From a virus, in the IMG/VR virus record IMGVR_UViG_3300009502_001749, positions 1 through 64,000 of that record: a stretch of DNA of 64,000 nucleotides. One strand, given 5' to 3'. This document shows positions 19,699 to 29,169 of the stretch, piece after piece. A program made the position numbers and the translations under genes. How positions within the stretch are numbered: the stretch's first letter is position 1; every line of letters starts with the position of its first letter. The notes beneath the pieces are model-generated. The model saw only the letters and a program-made list of their open reading frames with translations. It was not told the DNA's origin and made no database searches.

Positions 19699-20676
19699 AT
19701 GTCGAATATAGATAAACTTTTTCAACCTAAGTTCTTTTCTAATTCTGATGTGAATAATATTTTACTTGATAGTGAACAGAAGATGTTAGTTATCGATAAA
19801 AATTCTGAATCAGAAAGTATTTACACAAATTTTTATAATGATCTTTCAACATATATTTCTAAATTATCAAACAATTCTGTTAAGAGTCAAGTACAAAATT
19901 TATTGAATAAGGATCTAATATATCTTGGTTTATCGAAAACCAAAATAGATAATATTTTTTCTAGGCTGCTTATAACAACTGATAATAAATTGGCAGGAAT
20001 AGTTTTAGACACTCAACAATTAGCAATAGATCCAATAACAGGATCTTGTGAGTCTGCTGATGAATGTACTTATGCTGTTTATTTTGGTTTAGTTCGAGCC
20101 GCTGTTGTACTCAATAAAGATGAAATTAGAAAAGATAAAGATCTACATAAATTAATGACAACTTATTTGTATTTATTATTATTGAAAGCAGTTGGTATTG
20201 ATAAAATATATTCTGAGAAATTTAAAGTTTTCATTCACATTTTAGCTATTTATATGTATTATAAATATTATTTAAAAGAGAAACATAATTTTATTATATC
20301 TATTCTTGAGAATGATTATGAACCTTTCATTGGAAAGAAAAATATTGAAGAATTCTTACCAACTATTGAAAAATTTGTAGATTATCAATCAATTAAAGAT
20401 TTTCCAAAAATGTTAATTGATGCAAAACTTTGGACTGAGAATCCAAATATTATTACAATTGCATTATTAAAAACTTTAAAACCAACTGGGTTTTATTGTT
20501 TATTAGGTCCATTAGATTATTTTGTAAGTTTAGCAGTTGTTTCAAAATATCCGGTTGAATTTTTTTCCAAGAAAAGTTTAGTGAATGAAAAATTACAAGA
20601 TGCAATAGAAGAAATTATAGTAAAGTATATTAACAAAATAAAATATGATTTGAGTGTGATTCAAAAAAAGAAATAA
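19699..20676 (+). CDS. Hypothetical protein
   Basis: 325-aa ORF with RBS. Confidence 0.6.
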   Translation: MSNIDKLFQPKFFSNSDVNNILLDSEQKMLVIDKNSESESIYTNFYNDLSTYISKLSNNSVKSQVQNLLNKDLIYLGLSKTKIDNIFSRLLITTDNKLAGIVLDTQQLAIDPITGSCESADECTYAVYFGLVRAAVVLNKDEIRKDKDLHKLMTTYLYLLLLKAVGIDKIYSEKFKVFIHILAIYMYYKYYLKEKHNFIISILENDYEPFIGKKNIEEFLPTIEKFVDYQSIKDFPKMLIDAKLWTENPNIITIALLKTLKPTGFYCLLGPLDYFVSLAVVSKYPVEFFSKKSLVNEKLQDAIEEIIVKYINKIKYDLSVIQKKK

Positions 20677-20697
20677 ATCTTTAGGAGGATAAATTTT

Positions 20698-21852
20698 ATG
20701 TTACCAAGACAAGATTCTAATGAATTTTTTATGGAAATTGCTAGAGGAAACGTTAATGGAATGTCAGCTCTTCGTATGTATGGTTATAATGGAGATGTTG
20801 ATGCAGGTACAGAAGATCTTTGGAAAACAGTAGCAGCTGGTGATGGTGCAATAGCAACAAGAACTCTTTTCACCACAGCAAAGTCACTTTCAATTTCTTC
20901 TTCAAATGCCGGGGATACAACTCAGTATGTTACAGTAATTGGTCTTGATATAAATTATAATATCATTACTGCAACAAAGAAACTCGCAGGTCAGACAGAA
21001 ACAGCATTAAGTTCAACACTTTCATTTTTCAGAGTTTTATCAGCAAGTCTTAATGCTGCTTGTGCTGGAAATGTTTTTATTTATGATGCTTCGGATACAG
21101 CATCATCTGGTGTACCTACTACAGGTGCAAAAGTTCAGGCTATAATTCCTATTGCTGATCTTGAAACAAAAATATCAGCATATACAATGCCAGCTGGACA
21201 GAAAGGTTGGTTGTATAATACTGCTTGGAATTCTTACAATGCAACTACAGAAAAAGGAGTTATTATATTTTTAGTTGTAACGACTGCAGCTGGTGTAACT
21301 ACAACAACAGTTCTTGCTCGTTATGAAGATCCGGCTTCTGGTCAGTTTCAGACTTGTTATTCACCAATCGAAATTCCTGAATTTGCAGATGTTAAACTTC
21401 AGGTAACTCTTGAAGCATCCGGCTCAAATATGGTTATTGAAGGATGGGCAGATATAGTACTTGAAGATATTACAACGACTCCTGCTACAGTAACAGTGTT
21501 AACAAAATCTCAGTTTGATGCTCAGCTTTCACCTCATACTCTTGCTTCAACGAAACTTTATCTTGTTGGTCTTGATGAAGTTCCTACAGTTTTTCCTACA
21601 GCAGTGGATCTTAATGATACACTTGCTATTATAACTGGCACAACAGCATATAATGTTGCTGCAACAGTTGAAGTAGCATTTAATATCGATATTTTCAGAA
21701 CAGGACTTTTGATTCAGACAACGCAGAAAGCTATTGCGTGCGTTTGGAGATGTGTTGACTCTAATGGTGATGTATTGTATAACTCTGGCTTGTCACCTAA
21801 GATAATTACTCTTGGTGGTAAAACTTTAAAAACAGTATTTACACAGGCATAA
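20698..21852 (+). CDS. Putative virion structural protein
   Basis: EIARGNVNG....GYN.DVD...EDLW; Thr/Ala-rich. Confidence 0.5.
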   Translation: MLPRQDSNEFFMEIARGNVNGMSALRMYGYNGDVDAGTEDLWKTVAAGDGAIATRTLFTTAKSLSISSSNAGDTTQYVTVIGLDINYNIITATKKLAGQTETALSSTLSFFRVLSASLNAACAGNVFIYDASDTASSGVPTTGAKVQAIIPIADLETKISAYTMPAGQKGWLYNTAWNSYNATTEKGVIIFLVVTTAAGVTTTTVLARYEDPASGQFQTCYSPIEIPEFADVKLQVTLEASGSNMVIEGWADIVLEDITTTPATVTVLTKSQFDAQLSPHTLASTKLYLVGLDEVPTVFPTAVDLNDTLAIITGTTAYNVAATVEVAFNIDIFRTGLLIQTTQKAIACVWRCVDSNGDVLYNSGLSPKIITLGGKTLKTVFTQA

Positions 21853-21863
21853 TTTTTAAAGTT

Positions 21864-21892
21864 TGGGAGATCAGAATTTTTCTGGTCTCCCA
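21864..21892 (+). terminator. Rho-independent terminator-like hairpin
   Basis: TGGGAGATCAGAA-TTT-TTCTGGTCTCCCA followed by CTCTTT. Confidence 0.6.
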
Positions 21893-21912
21893 CTCTTTAT
21901 CATATAAAATAT

Positions 21913-21920
21913 ATAGAAAT
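21913..21920 (+). promoter_or_regulatory. Putative phage promoter motif ATAGAAAT
   Basis: ATATAGAAAT just downstream of a terminator. Confidence 0.4.
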
Positions 21921-21976
21921 AAAACATAAAATTGTAAATAATATCTTAAAAAGATTTTAAAATAGAGGAGTAATTC

Positions 21977-22345
21977 ATGTTATCTATTGTTGATTTATTT
22001 AAAGATAAAGTAATTGAAGAGTCTGAATTAGATGGACCTTTGGATGATTATTCATATTTATTACATCATGTTGAAATAGATAATGATGGAGTTGAAAATT
22101 TACATCATTGTTTTGTATATGATCATCTTGGTAATATGTTTACTCAAGATACCATCATCATTAAAGATGGTAAATGTTATGATGAAAATAATAAATTATT
22201 GAAAGATGGAACATATCATACAATTTCAGGTTTAGAACCTGAACAAGAAGTTTGTTGGAGTGATTCACAAGCTGAAGAAAATGGAATTAAACCAAAACGT
22301 ATGGTTGCAGGAATGACATATAAACAGAAAGCTAAGGAGTGGTAA
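21977..22345 (+). CDS. Hypothetical protein with MLSIVDLF leader variant
   Basis: RBS GAGGAG. Confidence 0.55.
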   Translation: MLSIVDLFKDKVIEESELDGPLDDYSYLLHHVEIDNDGVENLHHCFVYDHLGNMFTQDTIIIKDGKCYDENNKLLKDGTYHTISGLEPEQEVCWSDSQAEENGIKPKRMVAGMTYKQKAKEW

Positions 22346-23049
22346 TGATTGTTTATCCAAATACTTGGAGAGAAATAGGAAAAGTTCCTACAATTGAAGA
22401 AATAGAGGATTATATTTTTGAAGTTATTAATAATCTTAATTGTACAAATTTAGCTTTATCTGGTGGAATTGATAGTTCTTATATGTTATGGTGTATGTTA
22501 AAAATTTTTGGAAAAAGAAATGTGAAATGTTATACTATATCTTTAAATCATGATCATCCAGATTATATTTATTCAAAACAAATAGTTAAAGATTTAGGAG
22601 TAATAAATTGGTCTTGTTATTTTCCTTCAAATAATGAAGTTGAAGAATTATTAAAAGATAAAAATGGAGATTCAATAGTTGAAAAATTCTTTGTTTGGTT
22701 AAATAAAGAAAAAGCAGAAGAGATAATTTGTTGTGATGGAATTGATGAGTTTATGGGTGGATATTATGATCATCTTCATAATCCAACTCATGAAACATAT
22801 TATGATTTTATGACTAGATTACAAAAAGAACAATTAGAACCTCTTCATAAAAATTCTGCCGATATCAAAGTATTTTTACCTTATATGAATAAAAAACTTA
22901 TTGAATTATATGATAGAATACCAATGAGTGATAGATTTGATAATAACAACAGAAAAAAGATAATGATAGAATTAGCGAAAGGTAAAATTCCAGAGGAAAT
23001 AATTAATAGAAGAAAATATGGTTTTGTTGATGCTATGAGAATAAAATAG
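22345..23049 (+). CDS. Asparagine-synthetase-like ATP pyrophosphatase (synthetase domain only)
   Basis: LALSGGIDSS PP-loop, DGIDEFMGGY, IPEEIINRRKYGF; no glutaminase domain. Confidence 0.8.
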   Translation: MIVYPNTWREIGKVPTIEEIEDYIFEVINNLNCTNLALSGGIDSSYMLWCMLKIFGKRNVKCYTISLNHDHPDYIYSKQIVKDLGVINWSCYFPSNNEVEELLKDKNGDSIVEKFFVWLNKEKAEEIICCDGIDEFMGGYYDHLHNPTHETYYDFMTRLQKEQLEPLHKNSADIKVFLPYMNKKLIELYDRIPMSDRFDNNNRKKIMIELAKGKIPEEIINRRKYGFVDAMRIK

Positions 23050-23067
23050 ATTTTTAGAGGAGTTATT

Positions 23068-23265
23068 ATGTTATCAATTTATAAATTATTTGAATTATCA
23101 CCGTCAGCTGTTGATTCTGTAGTTCAAAATCATATTGGAACTCCAAGAGAACAAGAAGCTAAAACTATAGGATATTTAAGTAAAATTAAAGAGAAAGCAC
23201 CACAATCATATCAAGCTCAAAAACCTATTTTGATGTATCAAATAAAACAAAGTAAAATATCATAG
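23068..23265 (+). CDS. Small protein with MLSIYKLFE leader
   Basis: First 27 nt identical to gene 23628. Confidence 0.65.
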   Translation: MLSIYKLFELSPSAVDSVVQNHIGTPREQEAKTIGYLSKIKEKAPQSYQAQKPILMYQIKQSKIS

Positions 23266-23276
23266 AGGAGTTTATT

Positions 23277-23625
23277 ATGATTAGTGTAAATTATTTGTTT
23301 GAAAATGAATATCAAAAAATAGCACAAGAATTAGTAGATTCTTCTGGTGTAAAAGATTGGAAAAAACATTCTTTAAAAAGTTACAATTAATCCAGTTGAT
23401 AATAGTAAAACTTTAGAATCAACAATTCATTTAAAAGATGGTTCTAAACATACATATTCTTTAAATGATAAAAGTTTAAATAAAGTATCAAAATCAATTG
23501 AAAAATTAAAAGATGAAATAAGTAAACATAATAAAGATAAAAAATCATTTTCTAGTCTTAAATTTGATATAGATAAAGATCATAATTTCAAGACAAAATT
23601 TTTATATTCTAAGAATGGAGATTAA
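23277..23625 (+). pseudogene. Frameshifted leader-family gene (MISVNYLFE)
   Basis: RBS + ATG 23277, stop 23390; +1 frame from the A5 run at 23375-23379 stays open to the next gene. Confidence 0.55.
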
Positions 23626-23627
23626 TT

Positions 23628-24071
23628 ATGTTATCAATTTATAAATTATTTGAAGGTGATGAATCTGGAGAACCTAAAGGTGCTATATCTGATGAAGATA
23701 TTTTAAAAGATGAAAATAAAACACAAGAACTTCAAAGTGCTGTTATAAAACTTATTTTAGATAAAAAATTGAGACCAGATGATGATGATATTCATAATCT
23801 TGCCGGTAAATTTAATATGGAACCACATGAATTTGAAGAAGTTATTTATGCACTTCTTGGTGATTTAATTAAAGGTGTGGGAAAACATAAAGATGTTCCA
23901 TTATCAAAGTTTGATCCGGAACAAATTAAAATAGGAATAGATATTGAAAAAGAACATACAGATAATCCAGCAGTAAGACTTGAAATTGCAAAAGATCATT
24001 TAGCTGAATTTCCAGATTATTATACAAGATTACTTAAATTGGAAAAAGAAGCTAAAGCCGCTAAAAAATAA
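23628..24071 (+). CDS. DUF5661-like protein with MLSIYKLFE leader
   Basis: GIDIEKEHTD....EIAKDHLAEFPDYYTRL. Confidence 0.65.
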   Translation: MLSIYKLFEGDESGEPKGAISDEDILKDENKTQELQSAVIKLILDKKLRPDDDDIHNLAGKFNMEPHEFEEVIYALLGDLIKGVGKHKDVPLSKFDPEQIKIGIDIEKEHTDNPAVRLEIAKDHLAEFPDYYTRLLKLEKEAKAAKK

Positions 24072-24085
24072 ATAGGAGTTAAATT

Positions 24086-24379
24086 ATGATTAGTGTTTCT
24101 TATTTATTTGAAGATGAAACTTTTCGAAAGAAGTTTGATCAAGGTTCTTTAAGACAAGATATGATGATGGGTGCATTAATAGCTCCAACATCATTAGCTT
24201 TAAAAACTGCTATAGTTGATAAAGATATATTACATAAATTAAATGTTGATCATCCTATGGCTGCTCCTACTGCTTTAGCTGCAGCTGCACTTGTAGGAGC
24301 TGGTAGTTCTGCAGCAGTTCATGGAGCAATTAAAGGATATTATAAGTTAAAGGATAAAGTAATTAATAAGAGGAAATAA
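24086..24379 (+). CDS. Leader-family (MISVSYLFE) membrane protein
   Basis: HPMAAPTALAAAALVGAG..; basic tail. Confidence 0.6.
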   Translation: MISVSYLFEDETFRKKFDQGSLRQDMMMGALIAPTSLALKTAIVDKDILHKLNVDHPMAAPTALAAAALVGAGSSAAVHGAIKGYYKLKDKVINKRK

Positions 24380-24397
24380 TTTTATGTAGGAGATATT

Positions 24398-25144
24398 ATG
24401 ATATCTGTTATTTTGGAAATTTGGAATCCACCACCGAAAGTGAATTTTACACAAAAAGTCATTAATAGATTTAGTGGTGAAAAACCACCCCCTCCGCCTC
24501 CTCCATCAGGATTTGATAGATACAAATCAGTAATTACTAATAAACAAGTTGAAAATAAAGATGCACGTTCAAATATTAATTGGAGAGATTTTGGTAAAAT
24601 AAAAGAAAATATATCAAATTATAAACAATCTAAAGATGTTGAAAAAGGTTTAAATGAAAAATTAACTAGAGCAACAGCTGTTAAAAATACTAATGATGCT
24701 AGTAAACAATCTGCAAAATCTGCTGGTGAATTAGCAGCAACAGAAGCTCAATCAGCAGCTTATAGTCAACAACATCCTATAAAAGCTGGATTAAAAAATT
24801 TACTTAGAATAGGATATTCTCCGGAAGAAAAAGCTCGAATATATGCAGATGCTGATCGAGAAAAATATGATTATAATAAAAATATATCTGATTCATTAAG
24901 AAATAAAAGTCAATCTTATAACAATGCAAATGAAGTTTTGCGTACTAATAAAACAACTTCACAAGAAGAACCAAAAGCTGTAACAACTGGACAACAAGCT
25001 ATTCCTGTTGGTTCTGCTCCAAAAGCTTTACCGCCAGCCTCAAATAATAATATTCCAATTAGAAGACCAGTTGGTCCTTTAAATATGGATGAATTATTAA
25101 GAGATAAATTAAATAAAAAGAAAAGAGAACAAGTTAATATATAA
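24398..25144 (+). CDS. Leader-family (MISVILE) Pro-rich, probably disordered protein
   Basis: PPPPPPP tract. Confidence 0.6.
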   Translation: MISVILEIWNPPPKVNFTQKVINRFSGEKPPPPPPPSGFDRYKSVITNKQVENKDARSNINWRDFGKIKENISNYKQSKDVEKGLNEKLTRATAVKNTNDASKQSAKSAGELAATEAQSAAYSQQHPIKAGLKNLLRIGYSPEEKARIYADADREKYDYNKNISDSLRNKSQSYNNANEVLRTNKTTSQEEPKAVTTGQQAIPVGSAPKALPPASNNNIPIRRPVGPLNMDELLRDKLNKKKREQVNI

Positions 25145-25162
25145 TTTTATATTGGAGAATAT

Positions 25163-25678
25163 ATGAAATCAATTAGAGAACAGTTATTTGAGAGTAAGAA
25201 AGAACATTCTGGTTATAAAATGGAAGATGTTGGTTCTGGTGCTGGTAAAGCAATTGGTGTAGCAGTAGGTAGTGTTCCAGGTATGGCTATTGGTCATTAT
25301 ATTGGAAAAGATTCACCACAACATCCTGATAATTCAATTGATGAAAAGAAAAAATCACATCGAGTTGGAGCTATGTTTAATGAAAGATATAATGCAAAAA
25401 GAATGGCTAAGGGTGCTGGTATAGGCGCTGGTATAGGTGCTGGTATAAGTGCTGCCACAAGTGATTATAATCAAGATTTAAAAACAAATTTAATACACAC
25501 TGCTGTTTCAGCTGGTATGGGTGCTATACCAGGTATAATTGGTGGAAAAATGGTTGGAGGTTATAAAGCTGCTAAGAAACTTGGATATGGATCAGTAGGA
25601 AAAACATTTGCAACAACAATTCCTGGTTCTCTCACAGGACTTACAACACCAAAAAGACAAAAAGAAGAAAAGAAATAA
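25163..25678 (+). CDS. Glycine-zipper protein with MKSIREQLFE leader
   Basis: GAGIGAGIGAG; leader shared with 29170. Confidence 0.6.
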   Translation: MKSIREQLFESKKEHSGYKMEDVGSGAGKAIGVAVGSVPGMAIGHYIGKDSPQHPDNSIDEKKKSHRVGAMFNERYNAKRMAKGAGIGAGIGAGISAATSDYNQDLKTNLIHTAVSAGMGAIPGIIGGKMVGGYKAAKKLGYGSVGKTFATTIPGSLTGLTTPKRQKEEKK

Positions 25679-25692
25679 ATAGGAGGATTACA

Positions 25693-25932
25693 ATGATATC
25701 AGTTTGTAGATTATTTGAAATAAGTAAAGGTGGAGCTGCAGCATTAGGAGTAGCAGGTGGAACAGCAGCTGGAGTTGCCGGTGTAGCAGCAAAGAAAATG
25801 TATGATGAAGAAATGGCAAATCGAGTAAGAGAAGCAAATCCTATTAGAAAAGGTGCAAAATTTGTAGCGAAAATGTTTGATGATGGTGGACAATGGATTG
25901 GACGTAAAATTTGGGATGCTCATAATGGATAA
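25693..25932 (+). CDS. Leader-family (MISVCRLFE) glycine-zipper protein
   Basis: GAAALGVAGGTAAGVAGVAAKK. Confidence 0.6.
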   Translation: MISVCRLFEISKGGAAALGVAGGTAAGVAGVAAKKMYDEEMANRVREANPIRKGAKFVAKMFDDGGQWIGRKIWDAHNG

Positions 25933-25946
25933 AAATAAGGTGTAAA

Positions 25947-26825
25947 ATGGAAATTAAAGATCAAGAATTTCTTGGAGTTATATTACCTGATAAAGATAAT
26001 AAACATCAAGGGCGTTATAAAGTTTATATACCAGTTCTTCAACCTTTTATGAAAGATAATGAAGGTATATGGGCTAAGAATCACGTTACTGATTATAGAA
26101 ATACACCTTCAGCAGATGGTGTTTATGGAAGTTATTTTCCTTTACATGCAAAAACTCAAGTTATTGTTAAATTTTATACTGAGCAATACACAAGTGCTTA
26201 TATTACTAGAATCACCTCAGATCACAATCCTGAATCTATGCCGTTCAAAATTATTGATAGAGACAGTTACTATCAACTTATTAGAACCCCAAAAAATAAT
26301 CATTTAATTGCTTTATGTGAAGATACTGCAACTGGTGGAGCTGCCACAACTGCAAACTCAATTCACATATATTATAATAATAAAGCGATTACATTAATAA
26401 TGGATAGTTCAGGAATGAGTATTAACGTAACAGCTGGAGATATAAATCTCAAAGGAGTTGCAAATACAAACATCCAAGTTGGTCAAGATTTAAATATAAA
26501 AGTAACTGGTGTTTGTAATATTCAATCTGATGCTGATGTTCATATTAAAGCTGGAGGAGATGCTAATATTGAAGCTGGTGGAAATGCCAATGTTAAAGCT
26601 GGTGGAGATGCTAATATTCAATCTGGTGGAAGTGTTAGTATAAAAGCAGGAGGAGTTTGTAATATTGATGGTTCTATGGTTAATTTAAATGGTGGTGGTT
26701 CTTCAGCTGCTAAAGCGGCAAGATCTTCTGGTGCTGCTGGAACTGGAACACCAATCACAACAACAGATGAATTTAAATATTATGAAGGAAAAGATGGAAC
26801 TGCAATTATAACAGCTAAAGGATAA
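25947..26825 (+). CDS. Baseplate central spike (T4 gp5/VgrG-like OB-fold + beta-helix)
   Basis: DKDNKHQGRYKVYIP..GSYFPL..QVIVKF; 8-residue repeats NIEAGGNA/NVKAGGDA; IDGSMVNLN. Confidence 0.75.
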   Translation: MEIKDQEFLGVILPDKDNKHQGRYKVYIPVLQPFMKDNEGIWAKNHVTDYRNTPSADGVYGSYFPLHAKTQVIVKFYTEQYTSAYITRITSDHNPESMPFKIIDRDSYYQLIRTPKNNHLIALCEDTATGGAATTANSIHIYYNNKAITLIMDSSGMSINVTAGDINLKGVANTNIQVGQDLNIKVTGVCNIQSDADVHIKAGGDANIEAGGNANVKAGGDANIQSGGSVSIKAGGVCNIDGSMVNLNGGGSSAAKAARSSGAAGTGTPITTTDEFKYYEGKDGTAIITAKG

Positions 26826-26831
26826 TTAATT

Positions 26832-27164
26832 ATGATATCAATTATGAATTTATTTTATGAAAATAAAAGTGAAGAGAAAGAGATAAAAGATTTTTTAAAG
26901 AAAGAAGTTACTAAAAGTCATATAAAAAATGTTTTATCAACAGGAGCTCTTGTTGGTACTGCTGTAACTGGTGGAACAGGATTATATAATATGTATAAAG
27001 GTGGAAGTTTTGTTGGAGATGAACCTGGAAGTTATGATTCTTTAAAAAGTGGATTACGTTCTGGAGTTGGTTCTGCAGCTTTAACAGGATTATTTAATAT
27101 TGGAAATGTTAGAAATCAACGAAAAGAGATTGATAGTTTAAAATTTAAAAAGAAAAAATCTTAG
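26832..27164 (+). CDS. Leader-family (MISIMNLFYE) glycine-zipper protein
   Basis: Two Gly-rich hydrophobic segments, poly-Lys tail. Confidence 0.6.
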   Translation: MISIMNLFYENKSEEKEIKDFLKKEVTKSHIKNVLSTGALVGTAVTGGTGLYNMYKGGSFVGDEPGSYDSLKSGLRSGVGSAALTGLFNIGNVRNQRKEIDSLKFKKKKS

Positions 27165-27175
27165 GAGATTTAATT

Positions 27176-27373
27176 ATGATTTCAATTGTTATGGAAATTA
27201 GTCCAGAATTTATTCAGAATAGAAATTTAACAGGTGATAATAAATTTTCTCAAGAACAAATTCGAAATGCATTAGTAGAAAAAGCAAAATCGCCTGTTGG
27301 TTCTGTTGCTAGAGCTGAAGCTGATAAAGTTATTAAAGACACAAGAGCAACATTTCCTTATCGTAAAAAATAA
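27176..27373 (+). CDS. Small leader-family protein (MISIVME)
   Basis: RBS; leader nearly identical to 13514. Confidence 0.6.
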   Translation: MISIVMEISPEFIQNRNLTGDNKFSQEQIRNALVEKAKSPVGSVARAEADKVIKDTRATFPYRKK

Positions 27374-27410
27374 GATTTTGCCGGTAAAAATAATACTTAG
27401 TGAGATTAAT

Positions 27411-27692
27411 ATGTTATCAATTATGGAAACCAAATTTGGTGTAGCAATATTGAATGAAGTTGGAAATAGCAGAGTAATGAGAGAAAGATTAGCAACTAGT
27501 TATGATCAAAATTATAAAAATAATCCACTTAAAGCAGAAAAAGCTGCATTTTTAAATTTGAGAATAAGAGCAAATAGAAATGAATTAACACCTTTTGAAA
27601 AAGGTAGTTCAGATAATGACCCGAATAAAGTTAAAGAATATATAAAATCTTATTTACCAACACTAAATGAAAAAATTAGAACAAATAAATAA
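27411..27692 (+). CDS. Small leader-family protein (MLSIMETKFGVAILNE)
   Basis: ATG 27411 in frame with the ORF at 27297; KFGVA shared with 28391. Confidence 0.55.
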   Translation: MLSIMETKFGVAILNEVGNSRVMRERLATSYDQNYKNNPLKAEKAAFLNLRIRANRNELTPFEKGSSDNDPNKVKEYIKSYLPTLNEKIRTNK

Positions 27693-27711
27693 TACTTTAG
27701 AGGTTAAAATA

Positions 27712-28362
27712 ATGTATATCAATTATGATAATACATATAAGTTACTTACAGAAGATGAAATTGATGAAATGATTAATAACCTTGGGCGTTTGGACAGTAC
27801 AGCTGACAGACCAGCAATACAAAATAAATTCACAATCAATATGAGACCACAAGGTATAATTGTATACGATTCATACAACAATCCATTTTATCCTATTAGA
27901 CCACGCCCAAGAATTGATACTTCAAAAATGGATTTATTTGAAATTTATAAAAGAACTAGAGAATTATATGAAGATTTTGCTCCAACTCTTTTACCATGGC
28001 ATTATGTAATTGAGTTTATTAATGATCGTTATTATGTGTTTAATACACGCCCGATCGATATGAAATTTCCCGTTTCAAATGTTGATGTAACTGATGATCG
28101 GCAAAAGTTCTGGGATAATACAACAAAACAATTTATGAAAGATCAAATTTTTGATATTAGAGAAGCAATTCATATTTTAATTCTTGGAGATTCAAATATT
28201 GATGTTTATACTAAGAAGTTTTATGAGTTATTAGGTCGTATTTGTATTGTTCCATTTATAAGATTTTTTAAGTTACCTGAAGGAATAGGTGAACGTATAT
28301 TTTATCTAAATATGGGTGAAAAATTTCACGGTCAACAAATAATGAAATTTATAAGAAAATAA
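27712..28362 (+). CDS. Hypothetical protein, possibly degenerate amidase_2-like fold
   Basis: PQGIIVYDS, PWHYVI, IHILILGD resemble amidase strands, but Zn ligands are not evident. Confidence 0.35.
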   Translation: MYINYDNTYKLLTEDEIDEMINNLGRLDSTADRPAIQNKFTINMRPQGIIVYDSYNNPFYPIRPRPRIDTSKMDLFEIYKRTRELYEDFAPTLLPWHYVIEFINDRYYVFNTRPIDMKFPVSNVDVTDDRQKFWDNTTKQFMKDQIFDIREAIHILILGDSNIDVYTKKFYELLGRICIVPFIRFFKLPEGIGERIFYLNMGEKFHGQQIMKFIRK

Positions 28363-28390
28363 TAATCAAAAACAAAAGGAGAGTAATATT

Positions 28391-28594
28391 ATGAAGACGA
28401 ATGAAGCAAAGTTTGGCGTAGCAGTAGTAGCATCAGTATTTGAAGTAGAAAATGCAATTCCTACAGATGGTGCATCTGATGTAACAACACCTGAAATTAT
28501 AGCAAAAGCTATAAAGAGTGTTCTTGGAGTAGAAGGTTCTGATAGCGTTGCAGAAGCAAAAACAACTGGTGGAGATGCAACAGCAGATAGATAA
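28391..28594 (+). CDS. Small acidic protein (MKTNEAKFGVAVVASVFE)
   Basis: AGGAG RBS. Confidence 0.55.
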   Translation: MKTNEAKFGVAVVASVFEVENAIPTDGASDVTTPEIIAKAIKSVLGVEGSDSVAEAKTTGGDATADR

Positions 28595-28609
28595 TTTCGG
28601 AGGTTTATT

Positions 28610-29151
28610 GTGATTAGTGTAAGTTATTTATTTGAGCTCGATACTTCAAATTTTACAAGAGAAGAAAAGAGACAATATCGTGAAGGTGCAAGAAAATTTC
28701 ATCCTGATTTTAATGGTGGTAAAGATGAAGAAATGAAAAAACATAATAGTAGATGGGAACAGTTTGCTCACGCAAAAAAGTCTGGTTATAATAAATCATT
28801 TGATGATTATGCTGCTGAACAGAAAGCAAAAAACAACAATCTTCTGGTTCTCAGCAACAATCTTCTGGAACGAATCAACCTGGTTCTCAGCAACAAAAGA
28901 CAAATACTAGTTATGGTCACACTTATAATAAAGGACAAGATTCTGGAACAAATCAATCTGGTTCTCAGAAAAACACAAATTCACAAAGTTCTAATTCTAA
29001 ACAGAACACTGGAACAACAAATCAAAAACAAAGCACAAATCAACAATCTTCTGCTGGAATAAATCAATCTAGTTCACAACAGAAAACAAGTTCAAAGCAA
29101 TTTTATCCTGGATTTAAAAGTTCAATTTTTTCACAAATAAGAAGAAAATAA
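28610..29151 (+). CDS. J-domain-like protein with MISVSYLFE leader; C-terminal Q/S/N-rich tail lies in the -1 frame
   Basis: KRQYREGARKFHPDFNGG..EEMKKHN (HPD); A-AAA-AAC at 28828-28834; -1 frame QQSSGSQQQ... ends 29151 next to the following RBS (0-frame stop 29062). Confidence 0.6.
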
Positions 29152-29169
29152 TTTGGAGGTTTATTATAC

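Noticed and set aside
23372-23378. T-TTA-AAA as a programmed -1 frameshift
   Set aside because: The -1 frame stops within about 15 codons; the open continuation is in the +1 frame
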